From Candidatus Omnitrophota bacterium (GTDB lineage Bacteria > Omnitrophota > Gorgyraeia > Gorgyraeales > Gorgyraeaceae): DNA of 63,457 nucleotides. The DNA is taken from contig JAHJQM010000023.1 in assembly GCA_018819285.1 (NCBI GenBank), forward strand, positions 1-63,457, given 5' to 3'. The notes beneath the pieces are model-generated. The model was not told the DNA's origin. It saw only the letters and a program-made list of their open reading frames with translations, and searched no databases. Each line of letters starts with the position of its first letter. The first letter of the stretch is position 1. Of the stretch, positions 29,440 to 40,522 are shown in pieces. The translations under genes and the position numbers were made by a program.

Positions 29440-32043
29440 ATGAAAGTTGATGAGATAAGGGAAAGGTTTTTGAGATTTTTTGAGGAAAAGGGCCACAGGA
29501 TTTATCCTAGCGATTCGCTTGTCCCTCGCAATGACCCGTCACTTTTGTTTACAGGAGCTGGTATGAACCAGTTTAAGGAAGAATTTTTGGGTAGGGTTAA
29601 AGGCTCTAAAAGAGCTGCTACATGCCAGAAGTGCCTCAGGACGGGAGATTTGGAAAACGTAGGTAAAACCCCTGACCATCATACGTTTTTTGAAATGCTT
29701 GGTAATTTTTCATTCGGGGATTATTTTAAGAAAGACGCTATTCTTTGGGCTTGGGAATTTCTTACAAAAGAGCTTGGGCTTAAAGAAAAAGACCTATGGG
29801 TTTCTGTTTATAAAGATGATAAAGATGCGCATGAAATATGGAGGAGCGCAGTAAAAATCCCGGAAGAGAAGATTTTAAAATTAGAAGAAAAGGAGAATTT
29901 CTGGCCGTCTAATGCGCCGAGCGATGGCCCGAATGGGCCGTGCGGGCCGTGTTCTGAGATCTTTTTTGGCGGGCCTGACGGGGTAGAGGTATGGAATCTT
30001 GTTTTTACACAATTTGACAGAAAAGGTAAAGGCATGTTGGAGCCGTTGCCTAATAAAAACATAGATACAGGAATGGGGTTGGAGAGGATTGCAAGGGTAT
30101 TACAGGGTAAAAATACAAATTTTGAGATAGATTCATTCGTTCCGATAGTTAATGAGATAATAAACCTATCCCGTTCGGCGAACGGGATAGGAGAAGGTTT
30201 TTCCGTTCGGCGAACAGAGGGGGCTCAGAAGATTAACGCAATAGCGGATCATATAAGGGCTGTTACATTCGCGATATCAGATGGGGTTTTGCCTTCAAAT
30301 GAGGAAAGAGGTTATGTGATAAGAAAACTTATAAGAAAGGCATTCTGGTATGGGCGAGGAATGAACCTTGGCAAGCCTTTTTTATACAAAGTAGTCCCTG
30401 TAATTAGCCACGTTATGAAAAAGCCTTACCCTGAACTTGTAGAACATAGGGAAAATATAAGCCAGATAGTAATGGAAGAGGAGAAAAGATTTAAAAATAC
30501 AATAGATGAAGGGATTGAGAGATTAAAAGTAATGTTAGTAGAATCCAAAAACTTAGGTATTTTATCCGGAGAGCATGTATTCAGATTGTATGATACTTAT
30601 GGGTTTCCATGGGAATTAACCCAGGAGATTGCAGAATGTGAAAATATAAAAGTAGATATTAAGGGTTTCGAAGCCCTTATGGAAAATCAGCGCTCTGCGT
30701 CAAAACAGGGCAGTAAAATCACAGGCAATATATTTAACGTTGAAGGAAATATTAATATAAAATTGCCGGATGTTTCTCTTTTTATAGAAGATAAGGAAGA
30801 TATAAGGACACGTGTGCTTCAGATAGTTTCAGATGGAAATTTAAAAAACGAAATAGAAAAGAAAGGAAAAGGAAGTATATTTTTAAAAGAAACGAATTTT
30901 TATGGCGAGAAAGGCGGCCAGGTAGGCGATAAAGGCTGGCTCTTAAAGGATGGGAAGATAACAGCTAATGTGACAAATGCTTTAGATATAGCGGGCAGGA
31001 CTCAGCATGAGATTGAAATGAAAGATGGCATTCTAAAAGCAGGGGACTGGGTTATAGCGAAAGTTGATATCGAGCGCAGACTAGACATAAGAAAAAATCA
31101 CACTGCCACGCATCTTTTGCATAATGCTTTAAGAAAGGTCTTGGGTCTGCACGTGAAGCAGGCAGGGTCTATGGTGGCTCCGGAAAAGCTGCGTTTTGAT
31201 TTTACGCATTTCAAACAAGTTACAGGCGAAGAGCTTTCCATGATAGAAGATATTGTAAATGAAAGCATAAGAAAGGATAGTGCTGTCAGGATAGATGAAT
31301 TGAGCCTGGAAGAGGCGAATAAAAGAGATGTGATTGCTCTTTTTGGAGAAAAATACGGAGATGTGGTCAGGATGGTGTCTGTAGGCGATTACTCTAGAGA
31401 GCTCTGCGGCGGGACTCATGTAGCAAGGACAGGAGAGATAGGTATGTTTAAGATTATTTCAGAATCTTCTATTGCTAGCGGAGCGAGAAGGATCGAGGCA
31501 ATTACAGATAAGTTTGCTTATGAAAAAATAAAACAGGAAAAAGGTCTGATAAAAGAGATTGCGAAAGAATTGAATGTGAGGCCAGAGGATATAGCAAAGG
31601 AAATAGAAAAACTTGCAGATAAGTTAAAACAGATGGAAAAAACCCTTGAAGTTTTTATCAATAAAAATGTCCAAGATAATGTAGCTGGTATCTTGCGGTC
31701 CATAAAGAGCATAAAAGGCGTGGATGTAGTTATTAATGAGATTAAAAATGCAGATTCTTATTTTTTAAGAAAAAATGCTGATTCAGTAAAGGATAGGCTT
31801 GTGAATGGGATATTTATGCTTGTAAGCGAGAAAAACGGAAAGGTTGCTTTGATAGTCGGGATAGGTAAATCGCTTCAGGCAGGAAAACTTGACGCAGTCG
31901 GTATTTTAAATGATATAGGAGCTGATTTTGGAATAAAAGGCGGAGGAAGGCAGGATTTTGCTCAGGCAGGCAGCCGTTCAGGCCCAAGAATTCAGGACAT
32001 ATTAAAAAAGGCAGAGGAAATAATTAAAACCAAGTTAACATAA
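29440..32043 (+). CDS. alaS: Alanine-tRNA ligase
   Basis: HHTFFEMLGNFSFGDYFK, DTGMGLER, HTATHLLH, ELCGGTHV. Confidence 0.98.
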   Translation: MKVDEIRERFLRFFEEKGHRIYPSDSLVPRNDPSLLFTGAGMNQFKEEFLGRVKGSKRAATCQKCLRTGDLENVGKTPDHHTFFEMLGNFSFGDYFKKDAILWAWEFLTKELGLKEKDLWVSVYKDDKDAHEIWRSAVKIPEEKILKLEEKENFWPSNAPSDGPNGPCGPCSEIFFGGPDGVEVWNLVFTQFDRKGKGMLEPLPNKNIDTGMGLERIARVLQGKNTNFEIDSFVPIVNEIINLSRSANGIGEGFSVRRTEGAQKINAIADHIRAVTFAISDGVLPSNEERGYVIRKLIRKAFWYGRGMNLGKPFLYKVVPVISHVMKKPYPELVEHRENISQIVMEEEKRFKNTIDEGIERLKVMLVESKNLGILSGEHVFRLYDTYGFPWELTQEIAECENIKVDIKGFEALMENQRSASKQGSKITGNIFNVEGNINIKLPDVSLFIEDKEDIRTRVLQIVSDGNLKNEIEKKGKGSIFLKETNFYGEKGGQVGDKGWLLKDGKITANVTNALDIAGRTQHEIEMKDGILKAGDWVIAKVDIERRLDIRKNHTATHLLHNALRKVLGLHVKQAGSMVAPEKLRFDFTHFKQVTGEELSMIEDIVNESIRKDSAVRIDELSLEEANKRDVIALFGEKYGDVVRMVSVGDYSRELCGGTHVARTGEIGMFKIISESSIASGARRIEAITDKFAYEKIKQEKGLIKEIAKELNVRPEDIAKEIEKLADKLKQMEKTLEVFINKNVQDNVAGILRSIKSIKGVDVVINEIKNADSYFLRKNADSVKDRLVNGIFMLVSEKNGKVALIVGIGKSLQAGKLDAVGILNDIGADFGIKGGGRQDFAQAGSRSGPRIQDILKKAEEIIKTKLT

Positions 32044-32044
32044 C

Positions 32045-32079
32045 AAGTTTACAAACTGACATTGTCAGAGTGTCAACTT
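32045..32079. repeat. 35-bp palindrome family A, copy 3
   Basis: aagtttacaaactgacattgtcagagtgtcaactt right after the alaS stop. Confidence 0.85.
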
Positions 32080-32110
32080 TGATAAATAAAAATAAAACCA
32101 AGAGGTAGGT

Positions 32111-33337
32111 ATGAAAATTTTAAAATTATCATCCAAAGAAATGCAGAAACTTTTCGAACGTTATTATACGAATAAAAGACACATTGAAGAAAAGGTCAGG
32201 AGAATCATAGATGATGTCAGGAACGAAGGAGACAAAGCTGTTTTAAAATACACAAAACGTTTTGATAAAGTAAAATTTACCTCCAAAGATTTAAAAGTTA
32301 GCGTAAATGAGACAAACGGTTCTTTTCAGAACATAGATACAGCTTTTATTACAAGCCTTAAAAATATTATTGAGAATATACAGAGGTATTATAAAAAAGA
32401 ATTGCCGAAGTCCTGGAAGATAAAATACGATGACGGCGCAGAACTTGGCGAAATATTCAGGCCTATTGAAAAGGTAGGGATATATATTCCGGCTGGCACA
32501 GTGCCTCTTGTTTCAAGCGTTTACATGAGCGTAGTACCTGCAAAGATGGCAGGGGTTAAAAAGATAATTCTTACTACGCCCCCTAATAAATATGGCAATG
32601 TGGATCCTCACATATTGGCAGTTGCTAATCTTTTAAAAGTAGATGAGGTTTATAAAGTAGGGGGCGCTCAGGCAATAGCAGCCCTAGCGTTTGGCACAAA
32701 GACTATACCAAAGGTGGACAAGATAGTAGGCCCTGGAAATGAATATGTTACCGAAGCAAAGAGACAGGTATTTGGCTTTGTAGATATAGATATGCTGGCA
32801 GGGCCAAGCGAAGTCGTTATACTTGCAAATCATTTTTCAGATAAATCTTATGTCGTGCAAGATCTAATGGCTCAGGCAGAACATGTTAAGGGCCTGGCGG
32901 TGCTAGTGACTACGTCTAAGAAGTTTGCAAAGGCAATGAAAAATGAAGATATAAAAGGATATATAGTCCTGACAAGAAATATTGACCAGGCAGTAGAAGT
33001 TATAAATAGAATAGCGCCGGAACATCTCGAGATATTAGTCAAGAGGCCTAACAGGATAATGAAGAGAATACAGAACGCAGGTGCAATATTTACAGGGCCA
33101 TATTCGCCGGTCTGCATAGGCGACTATGTTGCAGGGCCGAGCCATATATTGCCCACAGGCGGGACTGCGAGATTTTTTTCAGGGCTTGGCGCAAGGTCAT
33201 TCTTGAAGAGCATTCATACTATCTCGTATTCTAAAAAAGCGCTTGAAAAAGAAAAGGTCGCTATTGAAAAAATGACGAAGATAGAAGGTTTGCAGAAACA
33301 TTTAGAATCTTTTAAAGTCAGATTTAAGCAACCATAA
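32111..33337 (+). CDS. hisD: Histidinol dehydrogenase
   Basis: [39 protein letters not shown]. Confidence 0.96.
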   Translation: MKILKLSSKEMQKLFERYYTNKRHIEEKVRRIIDDVRNEGDKAVLKYTKRFDKVKFTSKDLKVSVNETNGSFQNIDTAFITSLKNIIENIQRYYKKELPKSWKIKYDDGAELGEIFRPIEKVGIYIPAGTVPLVSSVYMSVVPAKMAGVKKIILTTPPNKYGNVDPHILAVANLLKVDEVYKVGGAQAIAALAFGTKTIPKVDKIVGPGNEYVTEAKRQVFGFVDIDMLAGPSEVVILANHFSDKSYVVQDLMAQAEHVKGLAVLVTTSKKFAKAMKNEDIKGYIVLTRNIDQAVEVINRIAPEHLEILVKRPNRIMKRIQNAGAIFTGPYSPVCIGDYVAGPSHILPTGGTARFFSGLGARSFLKSIHTISYSKKALEKEKVAIEKMTKIEGLQKHLESFKVRFKQP

Positions 33338-33388
33338 AAAAACTCCATAGATTGCCTTTGGCAACCTGCGGAGCCGAGAAAGGTTAAT

Positions 33389-34015
33389 ATGAAAAAAAGA
33401 GCTGCGAAAGTAGCAAGGAAAACAAAAGAGACTGATATAGTTGTGAGTTTAACAATAGACGGAAAGGGTAATGCTGAAATCAAAACAGGCATAGGTTTCC
33501 TTGATCATATGCTTACGCTTTTTGCAAAACATGGTTTTTTTGATTTAGGCGTAACTGCTCAAGGCGACATGGATGTAGATATTCACCATACTAATGAGGA
33601 TATAGGCATTACGCTTGGAAGCGCATTTAAGAAGGCGTTGGGAAATAAAAAGGGTATAAAGAGATTCGGAGATAGTTTTGTCCCTATGGATGGTTGTCTT
33701 GTAAGGGTGGTTAGCGATATAAGCAATAGACCGTCTCTGCATACACACTATAAGACAAAGCGCAATATAGAAAATCTATTGGCTAATCTAGCAATAGGGG
33801 ACAGTGTAAAATATTCTTTTGTGAACATGGAACAGTTTATGCAGGCGTTTGTCATCAACGCAGGTATTAACATGCACATAGAGATTCTTGCGTTTGACAA
33901 GGATTTACATCATTTGATAGAGGCTATTTTTAAGGCAATGGGCCGTAGCCTTGATGAAGCAACGCAGATAGACATTAGATCCAAATCTATACCGTCTACT
34001 AAAGGCAAACTGTAA
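33389..34015 (+). CDS. hisB: Imidazoleglycerol-phosphate dehydratase
   Basis: RKTKETDI, GFLDHML, DIHHTNED, HHLIEAIFK. Confidence 0.96.
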   Translation: MKKRAAKVARKTKETDIVVSLTIDGKGNAEIKTGIGFLDHMLTLFAKHGFFDLGVTAQGDMDVDIHHTNEDIGITLGSAFKKALGNKKGIKRFGDSFVPMDGCLVRVVSDISNRPSLHTHYKTKRNIENLLANLAIGDSVKYSFVNMEQFMQAFVINAGINMHIEILAFDKDLHHLIEAIFKAMGRSLDEATQIDIRSKSIPSTKGKL

Positions 34016-34020
34016 AGCTA

Positions 34021-34063
34021 AACAACTTTACAAAAGTAACTCTGTCGGTTTTGTAAAGTTGTT
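34021..34063. repeat. Palindrome family B, copy 2
   Basis: aacaactttacaaaa...ttttgtaaagttgtt after hisB. Confidence 0.7.
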
Positions 34064-34073
34064 GGAATGTAAA

Positions 34074-34688
34074 ATGATAGTTATTATAGACTATGGGATG
34101 GGGAATTTAAGGAGCGTTCAGAAGGCGTTTGAGAAATTCTGTTCAAATGTTATTGTGAGTTCGTCTGCAGAGGATATACTTAAGGCTGATAAAATAATTC
34201 TACCTGGCGTAGGAGCTTTTAAGGTCGCAATGGATGAATTGAAAAAAAGAGGTTTGATAAAACCGATAAAAGATTCTATAGAAAAAGGTAAGCCTTTTTT
34301 GGGCATATGCCTAGGACTTCAGCTTTTATTTTCTGAAAGCGAAGAAGGCGGCAAGATAAGAGGCTTGGATGTCGTAGAGGGTAAAGTTAAAAGATTTAAA
34401 GAAAAGAATGGGTTAAAGATACCGCATATGGGGTGGAATAGAATTAGCCTAAAATTTAAAAGTTCAAAGTTAAAAGTTATAGATGGAGTGGAAGACGGAA
34501 GTTATATGTATTTTGTGCATTCGTATTATGCGGCGCCGAAAGATAAGAATGTGATTTTATGCGAGACAGATTATGGAGTGGGTTTTGCTTCAGGAGTACA
34601 TAAAGACAATGTGTATGGATTTCAATTTCATCCTGAAAAAAGTCAGTCTGCGGGGTTAAAAATTATAGAGAACTTTGTAAAATTATAA
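34074..34688 (+). CDS. hisH: Imidazole glycerol phosphate synthase glutaminase subunit
   Basis: IDYGMGNL, LPGVG, GICLGLQ, QFHPEKS. Confidence 0.97.
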   Translation: MIVIIDYGMGNLRSVQKAFEKFCSNVIVSSSAEDILKADKIILPGVGAFKVAMDELKKRGLIKPIKDSIEKGKPFLGICLGLQLLFSESEEGGKIRGLDVVEGKVKRFKEKNGLKIPHMGWNRISLKFKSSKLKVIDGVEDGSYMYFVHSYYAAPKDKNVILCETDYGVGFASGVHKDNVYGFQFHPEKSQSAGLKIIENFVKL

Positions 34689-34736
34689 CATCGCGCCGTC
34701 TACGCGACGAAAAATTCAAAGGAGGACAATACATTT

Positions 34737-35456
34737 ATGATGATTATTCCAGCTATAGATATTATTGGCGGTAAGGTTGTAAGGCTAGAAAAGGGAGATT
34801 TTAATAAGGAAAAGATCTATTCAGACGATCCTCTTGAGATTGCAAAATATTGGGAGAAAAGAGGAGCGGAATTTTTACACATAGTTGATTTAGATGGCGC
34901 AAGAGAAGGGAAGATGAAAAACCAAGACATAATAACCAAGATTATAGAAAATATAAGAACGCCATGCGAAGTAGGCGGAGGCATCAGGGATAAAGGCGAT
35001 GTAGAGTATTTTTTAAATAGCGGAGCAAGACGCGTGATATTAAGCACTAGGGCTTTTGAGGATCCAAGGTATTTAGAAGGATTGATCGGAGAATTTAGAG
35101 AAAAAATAGTGGTAGGTATAGATTTTTCTGGAAATGAGGTTGTGAAAAAAGGTTGGCAGGAAACAACAAATCTGAGCCCGATGTTTATTGTTCTGGAGAT
35201 GCAAAAAATAGGAGTTAAGACTATAGTGGTGACTGATATGGACGTGGACGGGACATTGAAAGGCCCGAAAATAGAGAGACTAAAACAAATTCTTAATGCT
35301 GTACACATCTCTGTTATAGTTTCTGGCGGTATTTCTTCCCTGAAAGATATAAAAAAATTGAAAGAGATTAAAAATTTTAATTTGGAAGGCGTTATTATCG
35401 GTAAGGCATTATATGAAGGCAAGATCAATTTACAGGAAGCTATGGAACTATGTTAA
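34737..35456 (+). CDS. hisA: ProFAR isomerase
   Basis: [28 protein letters not shown]. Confidence 0.96.
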   Translation: MMIIPAIDIIGGKVVRLEKGDFNKEKIYSDDPLEIAKYWEKRGAEFLHIVDLDGAREGKMKNQDIITKIIENIRTPCEVGGGIRDKGDVEYFLNSGARRVILSTRAFEDPRYLEGLIGEFREKIVVGIDFSGNEVVKKGWQETTNLSPMFIVLEMQKIGVKTIVVTDMDVDGTLKGPKIERLKQILNAVHISVIVSGGISSLKDIKKLKEIKNFNLEGVIIGKALYEGKINLQEAMELC

Positions 35457-36208
35457 CTAAACGCATAATCCCGTGTTTAGATGTAAAGGACGGCAGGGTT
35501 GTCAAGGGGGTCAAATTTCTGAATCTCAGGGACGCAGGAGATCCTGTTGAGGTCGCCCAGTTTTATGACAGAGAAAAGGCGGATGAGATCGTCTTTTTAG
35601 ATATTACAGCCAGTTTTGAAAAAAGAAATATAATGCTGGATGTTGTAAAAAAGACCGCAGAGACTGTTTTTATGCCTTTAACCGTAGGCGGAGGCATAAG
35701 AAATTTAGAAGATATAAGGCAGTTATTAAAAGCAGGCGCTGACAAGGTTTCTATAAATACAGCTGCTGTAAAAAATGCTAATCTTGTAAAAAAAGCCAGC
35801 GAAAAATTCGGCAGTCAGTGCATTGTGGTTGCGATAGACGCTAAAAGAAGCTCTAAAGACAGGTGGGAAGTTTATGTACATGGCGGCAGAACTCCAACAG
35901 GTATTGATGCTATGAAATGGGGTAAGATTGTGCAAAAAATGGGCGCCGGAGAGATTCTTCTTACAAGCATGGATATGGATGGGACAAAAAACGGCTATGA
36001 CATAGAACTTATAAAGAAATTTTCAGAAAGCTTAAACATCCCTGTAATAGCTTCGGGCGGCGCAGGAAACATGGAGCACATATGCGAAGCGTTTACAAAA
36101 GGCAAGGCAGACGCAGCTTTAGCAGCGTCTATTTTTCATTATAAAGAATATTCAATCAGAGAGGTTAAAGAGTATCTGAATAAAAGAAAGGTAAGAGTGA
36201 GGATTTAA
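35450..36208 (+). CDS. hisF: Imidazole glycerol phosphate synthase cyclase subunit
   Basis: [19 protein letters not shown]; VIASGGAG. Confidence 0.98.
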   Translation: MLTKRIIPCLDVKDGRVVKGVKFLNLRDAGDPVEVAQFYDREKADEIVFLDITASFEKRNIMLDVVKKTAETVFMPLTVGGGIRNLEDIRQLLKAGADKVSINTAAVKNANLVKKASEKFGSQCIVVAIDAKRSSKDRWEVYVHGGRTPTGIDAMKWGKIVQKMGAGEILLTSMDMDGTKNGYDIELIKKFSESLNIPVIASGGAGNMEHICEAFTKGKADAALAASIFHYKEYSIREVKEYLNKRKVRVRI

Positions 36209-36243
36209 TAAAGGCGAAGTTGGACCTAAATGAAAGGCATGTA

Positions 36244-36579
36244 ATGAAACAAGAAAAATTCAAGATTAATAATTTGAAGTATGATAAGGCTGGATTAATG
36301 CCAGCTATAGTGCAGGATTATAAGACCGGAGAAGTTTTGATGATGGCTTATATGAATAAAGATTCTCTCAAGAAGACATTGAAAATTAAAAAGACATGTT
36401 TCTGGTCGAGATCCAGGCAAAGATACTGGATAAAAGGAGAGACTTCAGGGAATTTCCAGGTTGTGAAAGCTATTTATTATGATTGCGACATGGACACCCT
36501 TCTTATAAAAGTAAGACAATTAGGAGATGGTGTCGCGTGTCATACGGGAAACAGGAGTTGTTTTTATAGAAAAGTATAA
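36244..36579 (+). CDS. hisI: Phosphoribosyl-AMP cyclohydrolase
   Basis: [31 protein letters not shown]. Confidence 0.96.
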   Translation: MKQEKFKINNLKYDKAGLMPAIVQDYKTGEVLMMAYMNKDSLKKTLKIKKTCFWSRSRQRYWIKGETSGNFQVVKAIYYDCDMDTLLIKVRQLGDGVACHTGNRSCFYRKV

Positions 36580-36580
36580 T

Positions 36581-38086
36581 ATGTATTATCCATCCAAACA
36601 AGAATTCATAAAGCTGGCTAAAAAGGCAAATGTAATCCCTGTCTATAAAGAAATTTTGGCAGATACATTAACCCCTGTTTCCGTCTTTCAAAAAATAGGC
36701 AAGGGGTATTCATATTTATTGGAGTCTGTTGAAGGCCAGGAAAAGATAGCGAGGTTTTCATTTATAGGCCTAGAGCCTTCTATAATATTAAAGAGCAAGG
36801 CGAATTCAATTGAGATGAATAAGGGCGGAAAAATTAAAAGATATCTTGCGGATGAGCCATTGAAAGAAATTGAAAATATAATGAATGATTTTAAAGCGGC
36901 TGAGACAAAGGGCCTTCCCAGGTTTTCCGGAGGGCTGGTAGGATATATGGGATATGATATGGTGAGATTTTTTGAGGACCTGCCTGATAAAAATCCTGAT
37001 GATTTGCAAGTTCCTGATTCTGTATTTATGATGGCGGACAGCCTAGTGATATTCGATCATTCAACGCACAAGGTTAAGATAGTGGTAAACGCGTATTTGG
37101 CTCAAGGCTCAACGCTCAAGGCTCGAAAGGTATACGAAAAAGCAATAGAAAAGATAGAAAAGATTATAAAGAAACTAGATAAGCCTGAAAAAAAACTAAA
37201 GGCATCCCTCGACTTCGCTCTGGATGAGAAAATAAAAAGTAAGAGGCACAAGATAAAATCAAATTTTACAAAAAAAGAATTTGAAGGCTTGGTTAAAAAA
37301 GCAAAGGAATATATAAAGGCCGGAGACATAATACAGGTTGTGCCGTCGCAGAGGTTTCACACAAAGCTCGACTGCGAGCCGTTTGATGTTTACCGTTCGC
37401 TTAGATCTTTAAATCCGTCGCCTTATATGTATTATCTGAATTTTAACGATCTAAAGATCGTAGGCTCGTCTCCGGAGCTTTTGGTTAGGTGCGAAAACGG
37501 AATAGTTGAGACCAGGCCTATAGCAGGCACAAGGCCGAGAGGCAGGAATGACGCCGAGGATAAAAAACTGGAAAAAGAGCTTTTAGCTGACGTAAAGGAA
37601 AGGGCAGAACATGTAATGTTGGTGGACCTTGGCAGGAATGACATAGGAAGGGTTTGTAAACCGGGCAGCGTGCACGTAACAGATTTTATGTTTATAGAGA
37701 GATATTCTCACGTCATGCATATTGTGAGTAATTGCAGGGGCATTCTTGATAAAAATAAGAATGCATTCGATGTCTTAAGGGCGTGTTTTCCAGCAGGAAC
37801 TGTATCAGGCGCTCCCAAGGTAAGGGCTATGGAGATAATAGACGAACTTGAGAATACAAAAAGAAGTTATTACGCAGGGGCCGTAGGATATTTTAGTTTT
37901 TCTGGGAATATGGACACTTGCATAACCATAAGGACTATGCTTGTTAAAGGAAGAGACGCTTTTATACAGGCAGGCGGAGGCATCGTAGCTGATTCTATCC
38001 CGTCCAGGGAATATCAGGAGACAGTGAATAAAGCAAAAGCAATGGTCAAGGCGATAGAAATCGCAGAAAGAGGATTGGCAAGTTGA
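36581..38086 (+). CDS. trpE: Anthranilate synthase component I
   Basis: [33 protein letters not shown]. Confidence 0.96.
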   Translation: MYYPSKQEFIKLAKKANVIPVYKEILADTLTPVSVFQKIGKGYSYLLESVEGQEKIARFSFIGLEPSIILKSKANSIEMNKGGKIKRYLADEPLKEIENIMNDFKAAETKGLPRFSGGLVGYMGYDMVRFFEDLPDKNPDDLQVPDSVFMMADSLVIFDHSTHKVKIVVNAYLAQGSTLKARKVYEKAIEKIEKIIKKLDKPEKKLKASLDFALDEKIKSKRHKIKSNFTKKEFEGLVKKAKEYIKAGDIIQVVPSQRFHTKLDCEPFDVYRSLRSLNPSPYMYYLNFNDLKIVGSSPELLVRCENGIVETRPIAGTRPRGRNDAEDKKLEKELLADVKERAEHVMLVDLGRNDIGRVCKPGSVHVTDFMFIERYSHVMHIVSNCRGILDKNKNAFDVLRACFPAGTVSGAPKVRAMEIIDELENTKRSYYAGAVGYFSFSGNMDTCITIRTMLVKGRDAFIQAGGGIVADSIPSREYQETVNKAKAMVKAIEIAERGLAS

Positions 38087-38114
38087 CACTCTAACATTGT
38101 CAGAGTGTCAACTT
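38080..38114. repeat. 35-bp palindrome family A, copy 4
   Basis: aagttgacactctaacattgtcagagtgtcaactt; supplies the trpE TGA. Confidence 0.88.
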
Positions 38115-38131
38115 AGAATTTGAGGTGTTGA

Positions 38132-38695
38132 ATGATTTTAATGATAGATAATTATGATTCATTTACCTATAATCTGGTTCAGTATTTGTCTGAACTTGGG
38201 GAAAAGTTAACTGTATATAGAAACGATAAGATAGGTATTGAAGAGATAAAAATATTAAAGCCGAATCATATTGTAATCTCTCCTGGCCCAGGAAGGCCAA
38301 ACGAGGCGGGTATTTCAGAAAAGGTTATAAAAGAGTTTGGAGCTAGGATTCCATTGTTGGGAGTTTGTCTCGGGCACCAGGCAATAGGAGAGGCTTTTGG
38401 AGGAAAGATTATCCAAGCAGATAAGCTTATGCATGGCAAGACTTCTTTGATATACCATAACGCCAATCCTATCTTTAAAGGTTTATCTAATCCATTCGAA
38501 GCTACTAGGTATCATTCGTTGATAGTTGAGAAAAAATCTTTGCCGGATGCATTGCAGATTATGGCATGGACAAAGGATAACGAAATAATGGGACTTGCGC
38601 ATAAAAAATTTCCAATATGGGGAGTTCAGTTTCATCCTGAATCGATATTGACTAAAGAAGGAAAACAATTATTAAAGAATTTTATTAATTTATAA
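38132..38695 (+). CDS. trpG: Anthranilate synthase component II
   Basis: [29 protein letters not shown]. Confidence 0.95.
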   Translation: MILMIDNYDSFTYNLVQYLSELGEKLTVYRNDKIGIEEIKILKPNHIVISPGPGRPNEAGISEKVIKEFGARIPLLGVCLGHQAIGEAFGGKIIQADKLMHGKTSLIYHNANPIFKGLSNPFEATRYHSLIVEKKSLPDALQIMAWTKDNEIMGLAHKKFPIWGVQFHPESILTKEGKQLLKNFINL

Positions 38696-38706
38696 GAGAG
38701 GTTTGT

Positions 38707-39717
38707 ATGATAAAAGAAGCTATTGGGAAAGCAGTAGATGGGCTTGATCTGACGCGAGATGAGATGATTTCCTGTATGAATGAGATAATGACCGGAGTGG
38801 CCACTCAGGCGCAGGTAGGAAGTTTTATCACAGCGCTTAGAATTAAAGGTGAAACAGTAGAAGAAATTACAGGCGCTGCTATTGTTATGCGGGAGAAAGC
38901 AACAAAAATTGACATAAGTAGCGATTTAATAGATACCTGCGGGACAGGAGGGAGCAAGACAAATACCTTTAATATATCGACAACAGTTGCTTTCGTGGTA
39001 AGCGGGGCTGGGTTAAAAGTGGCTAAGCACGGAAATCGCGGGGTCTCTAGCGTTTGCGGAAGTGCAGATGTTATAAAGGCGCTTGGGATAAATATTGATA
39101 TATCGCCTGAAAAAGTTAAGGAATGCATAGAAAAGATAGGCATAGGTTTTTTATATGCACCACTTTTTCATAATGCAATGAAATTTGCAATAGGTCCCAG
39201 GAGAGAGATAGGAATAAGAACGATATTCAATATACTCGGGCCTCTTACGAATCCTGCAAATGCTACGGGCCAGGTTTTAGGCGTATACGAAGAAGACCTT
39301 ACGGATAAGCTTGCAAACGTGCTTAATAATCTGGGTGTTAAAAGGGCGTTTGTAGTGCATGGAATGGATACTTTGGATGAAATAACTATAACAGGCGAAA
39401 CAAAAGTTAGCGAGCTGAATAATAAAAAGGTAAAAGGGTATTATATAAAGCCTCAGGATTTCGGCATGAAGAAAGCGGAACTTTTAGACATAAAAGGCGG
39501 GACCGTGGAAGAAAACGCGAGCATTGTGAAAAAGGTCATTGAAGGAGAAAAAGGCCCGAGACAGGACGTGGTATTATTAAACGCTTCTGCTGCGTTGATT
39601 GCCGGAGGCATGGCAAAGGATTTTAAAGATGGCATTGAAAGAGCTAGGGTGTCAATTGAATCAGGAAAGGCGAAAGAAAAGCTAGAGAAACTCATAGAGT
39701 TCACGAATAAATCATGA
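38707..39717 (+). CDS. trpD: Anthranilate phosphoribosyltransferase
   Basis: DTCGTGG, NIST, KHGNR. Confidence 0.97.
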   Translation: MIKEAIGKAVDGLDLTRDEMISCMNEIMTGVATQAQVGSFITALRIKGETVEEITGAAIVMREKATKIDISSDLIDTCGTGGSKTNTFNISTTVAFVVSGAGLKVAKHGNRGVSSVCGSADVIKALGINIDISPEKVKECIEKIGIGFLYAPLFHNAMKFAIGPRREIGIRTIFNILGPLTNPANATGQVLGVYEEDLTDKLANVLNNLGVKRAFVVHGMDTLDEITITGETKVSELNNKKVKGYYIKPQDFGMKKAELLDIKGGTVEENASIVKKVIEGEKGPRQDVVLLNASAALIAGGMAKDFKDGIERARVSIESGKAKEKLEKLIEFTNKS

Positions 39718-39739
39718 GTTCAGAGGAGAGCGTGTCATC

Positions 39740-40522
39740 TTGAAAAATTTTTTGCAGGATATAGTTACATTAAAGAGAAAAGAAGTCGATGCACTGAAAT
39801 CCAAAAGGGTCATAACAGAGTTTGTTGATTCAAAGCGCCTATTAAAAGGCATACGGCCATTTAAAGAAGCCATCTCCAGCGGGGAAGGTCTGAACCTTAT
39901 TGCAGAGATAAAAAAGAAAGCCCCGTCTTTTAAAAGAAATTTTTTCAGAAAATTAGACGTAACCACCATAGCAAATATATATAAGGCAGAAGGAGCTAAA
40001 GCTATATCAGTCCTCACAGATAAGAAGTTTTTTAGCGGGAATATCCTGCATATAAATGAAGTGAAGCGCACCGTAGATATCCCTGTCTTGAGAAAAGATT
40101 TTATAATAGACGAATATCAGGTTTACGAGTCCCGTTATTTCGGAGCAGACGCAATACTATTGATTGCTAGGATTTTATCAGTAGACCAGATAAAGAGTTT
40201 TATGCATCTTGCGAAAAAGATTAACATGGATACTATTGTTGAGATTCACGATGAATTTGATCTTGAAAAAGCCTTACTGAGCGGCGCAGATATAATAGGA
40301 GTTAATAATAGAAATCTGGAGACATTCATGATATCGATGGATATTGTTAGCAGGCTTATTCCTAAAATCCCTAAAGAAATTATAACAATTAGCGAAAGCG
40401 GGATATCCAGCAATGAAGATATCTCTAGGATCAGAAAGGCCGGGGTGAATGCTGTTCTAATAGGCGGGGCGTTTCTGGGAGCAGATGATATTGCAGGAAA
40501 GATAAGGGAAATCATGCAATGA
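39740..40522 (+). CDS. trpC: Indole-3-glycerol phosphate synthase
   Basis: IAEIK, AISVLTD, LRKDFII, GVNNRNL, SESGI. Confidence 0.95.
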   Translation: MKNFLQDIVTLKRKEVDALKSKRVITEFVDSKRLLKGIRPFKEAISSGEGLNLIAEIKKKAPSFKRNFFRKLDVTTIANIYKAEGAKAISVLTDKKFFSGNILHINEVKRTVDIPVLRKDFIIDEYQVYESRYFGADAILLIARILSVDQIKSFMHLAKKINMDTIVEIHDEFDLEKALLSGADIIGVNNRNLETFMISMDIVSRLIPKIPKEIITISESGISSNEDISRIRKAGVNAVLIGGAFLGADDIAGKIREIMQ

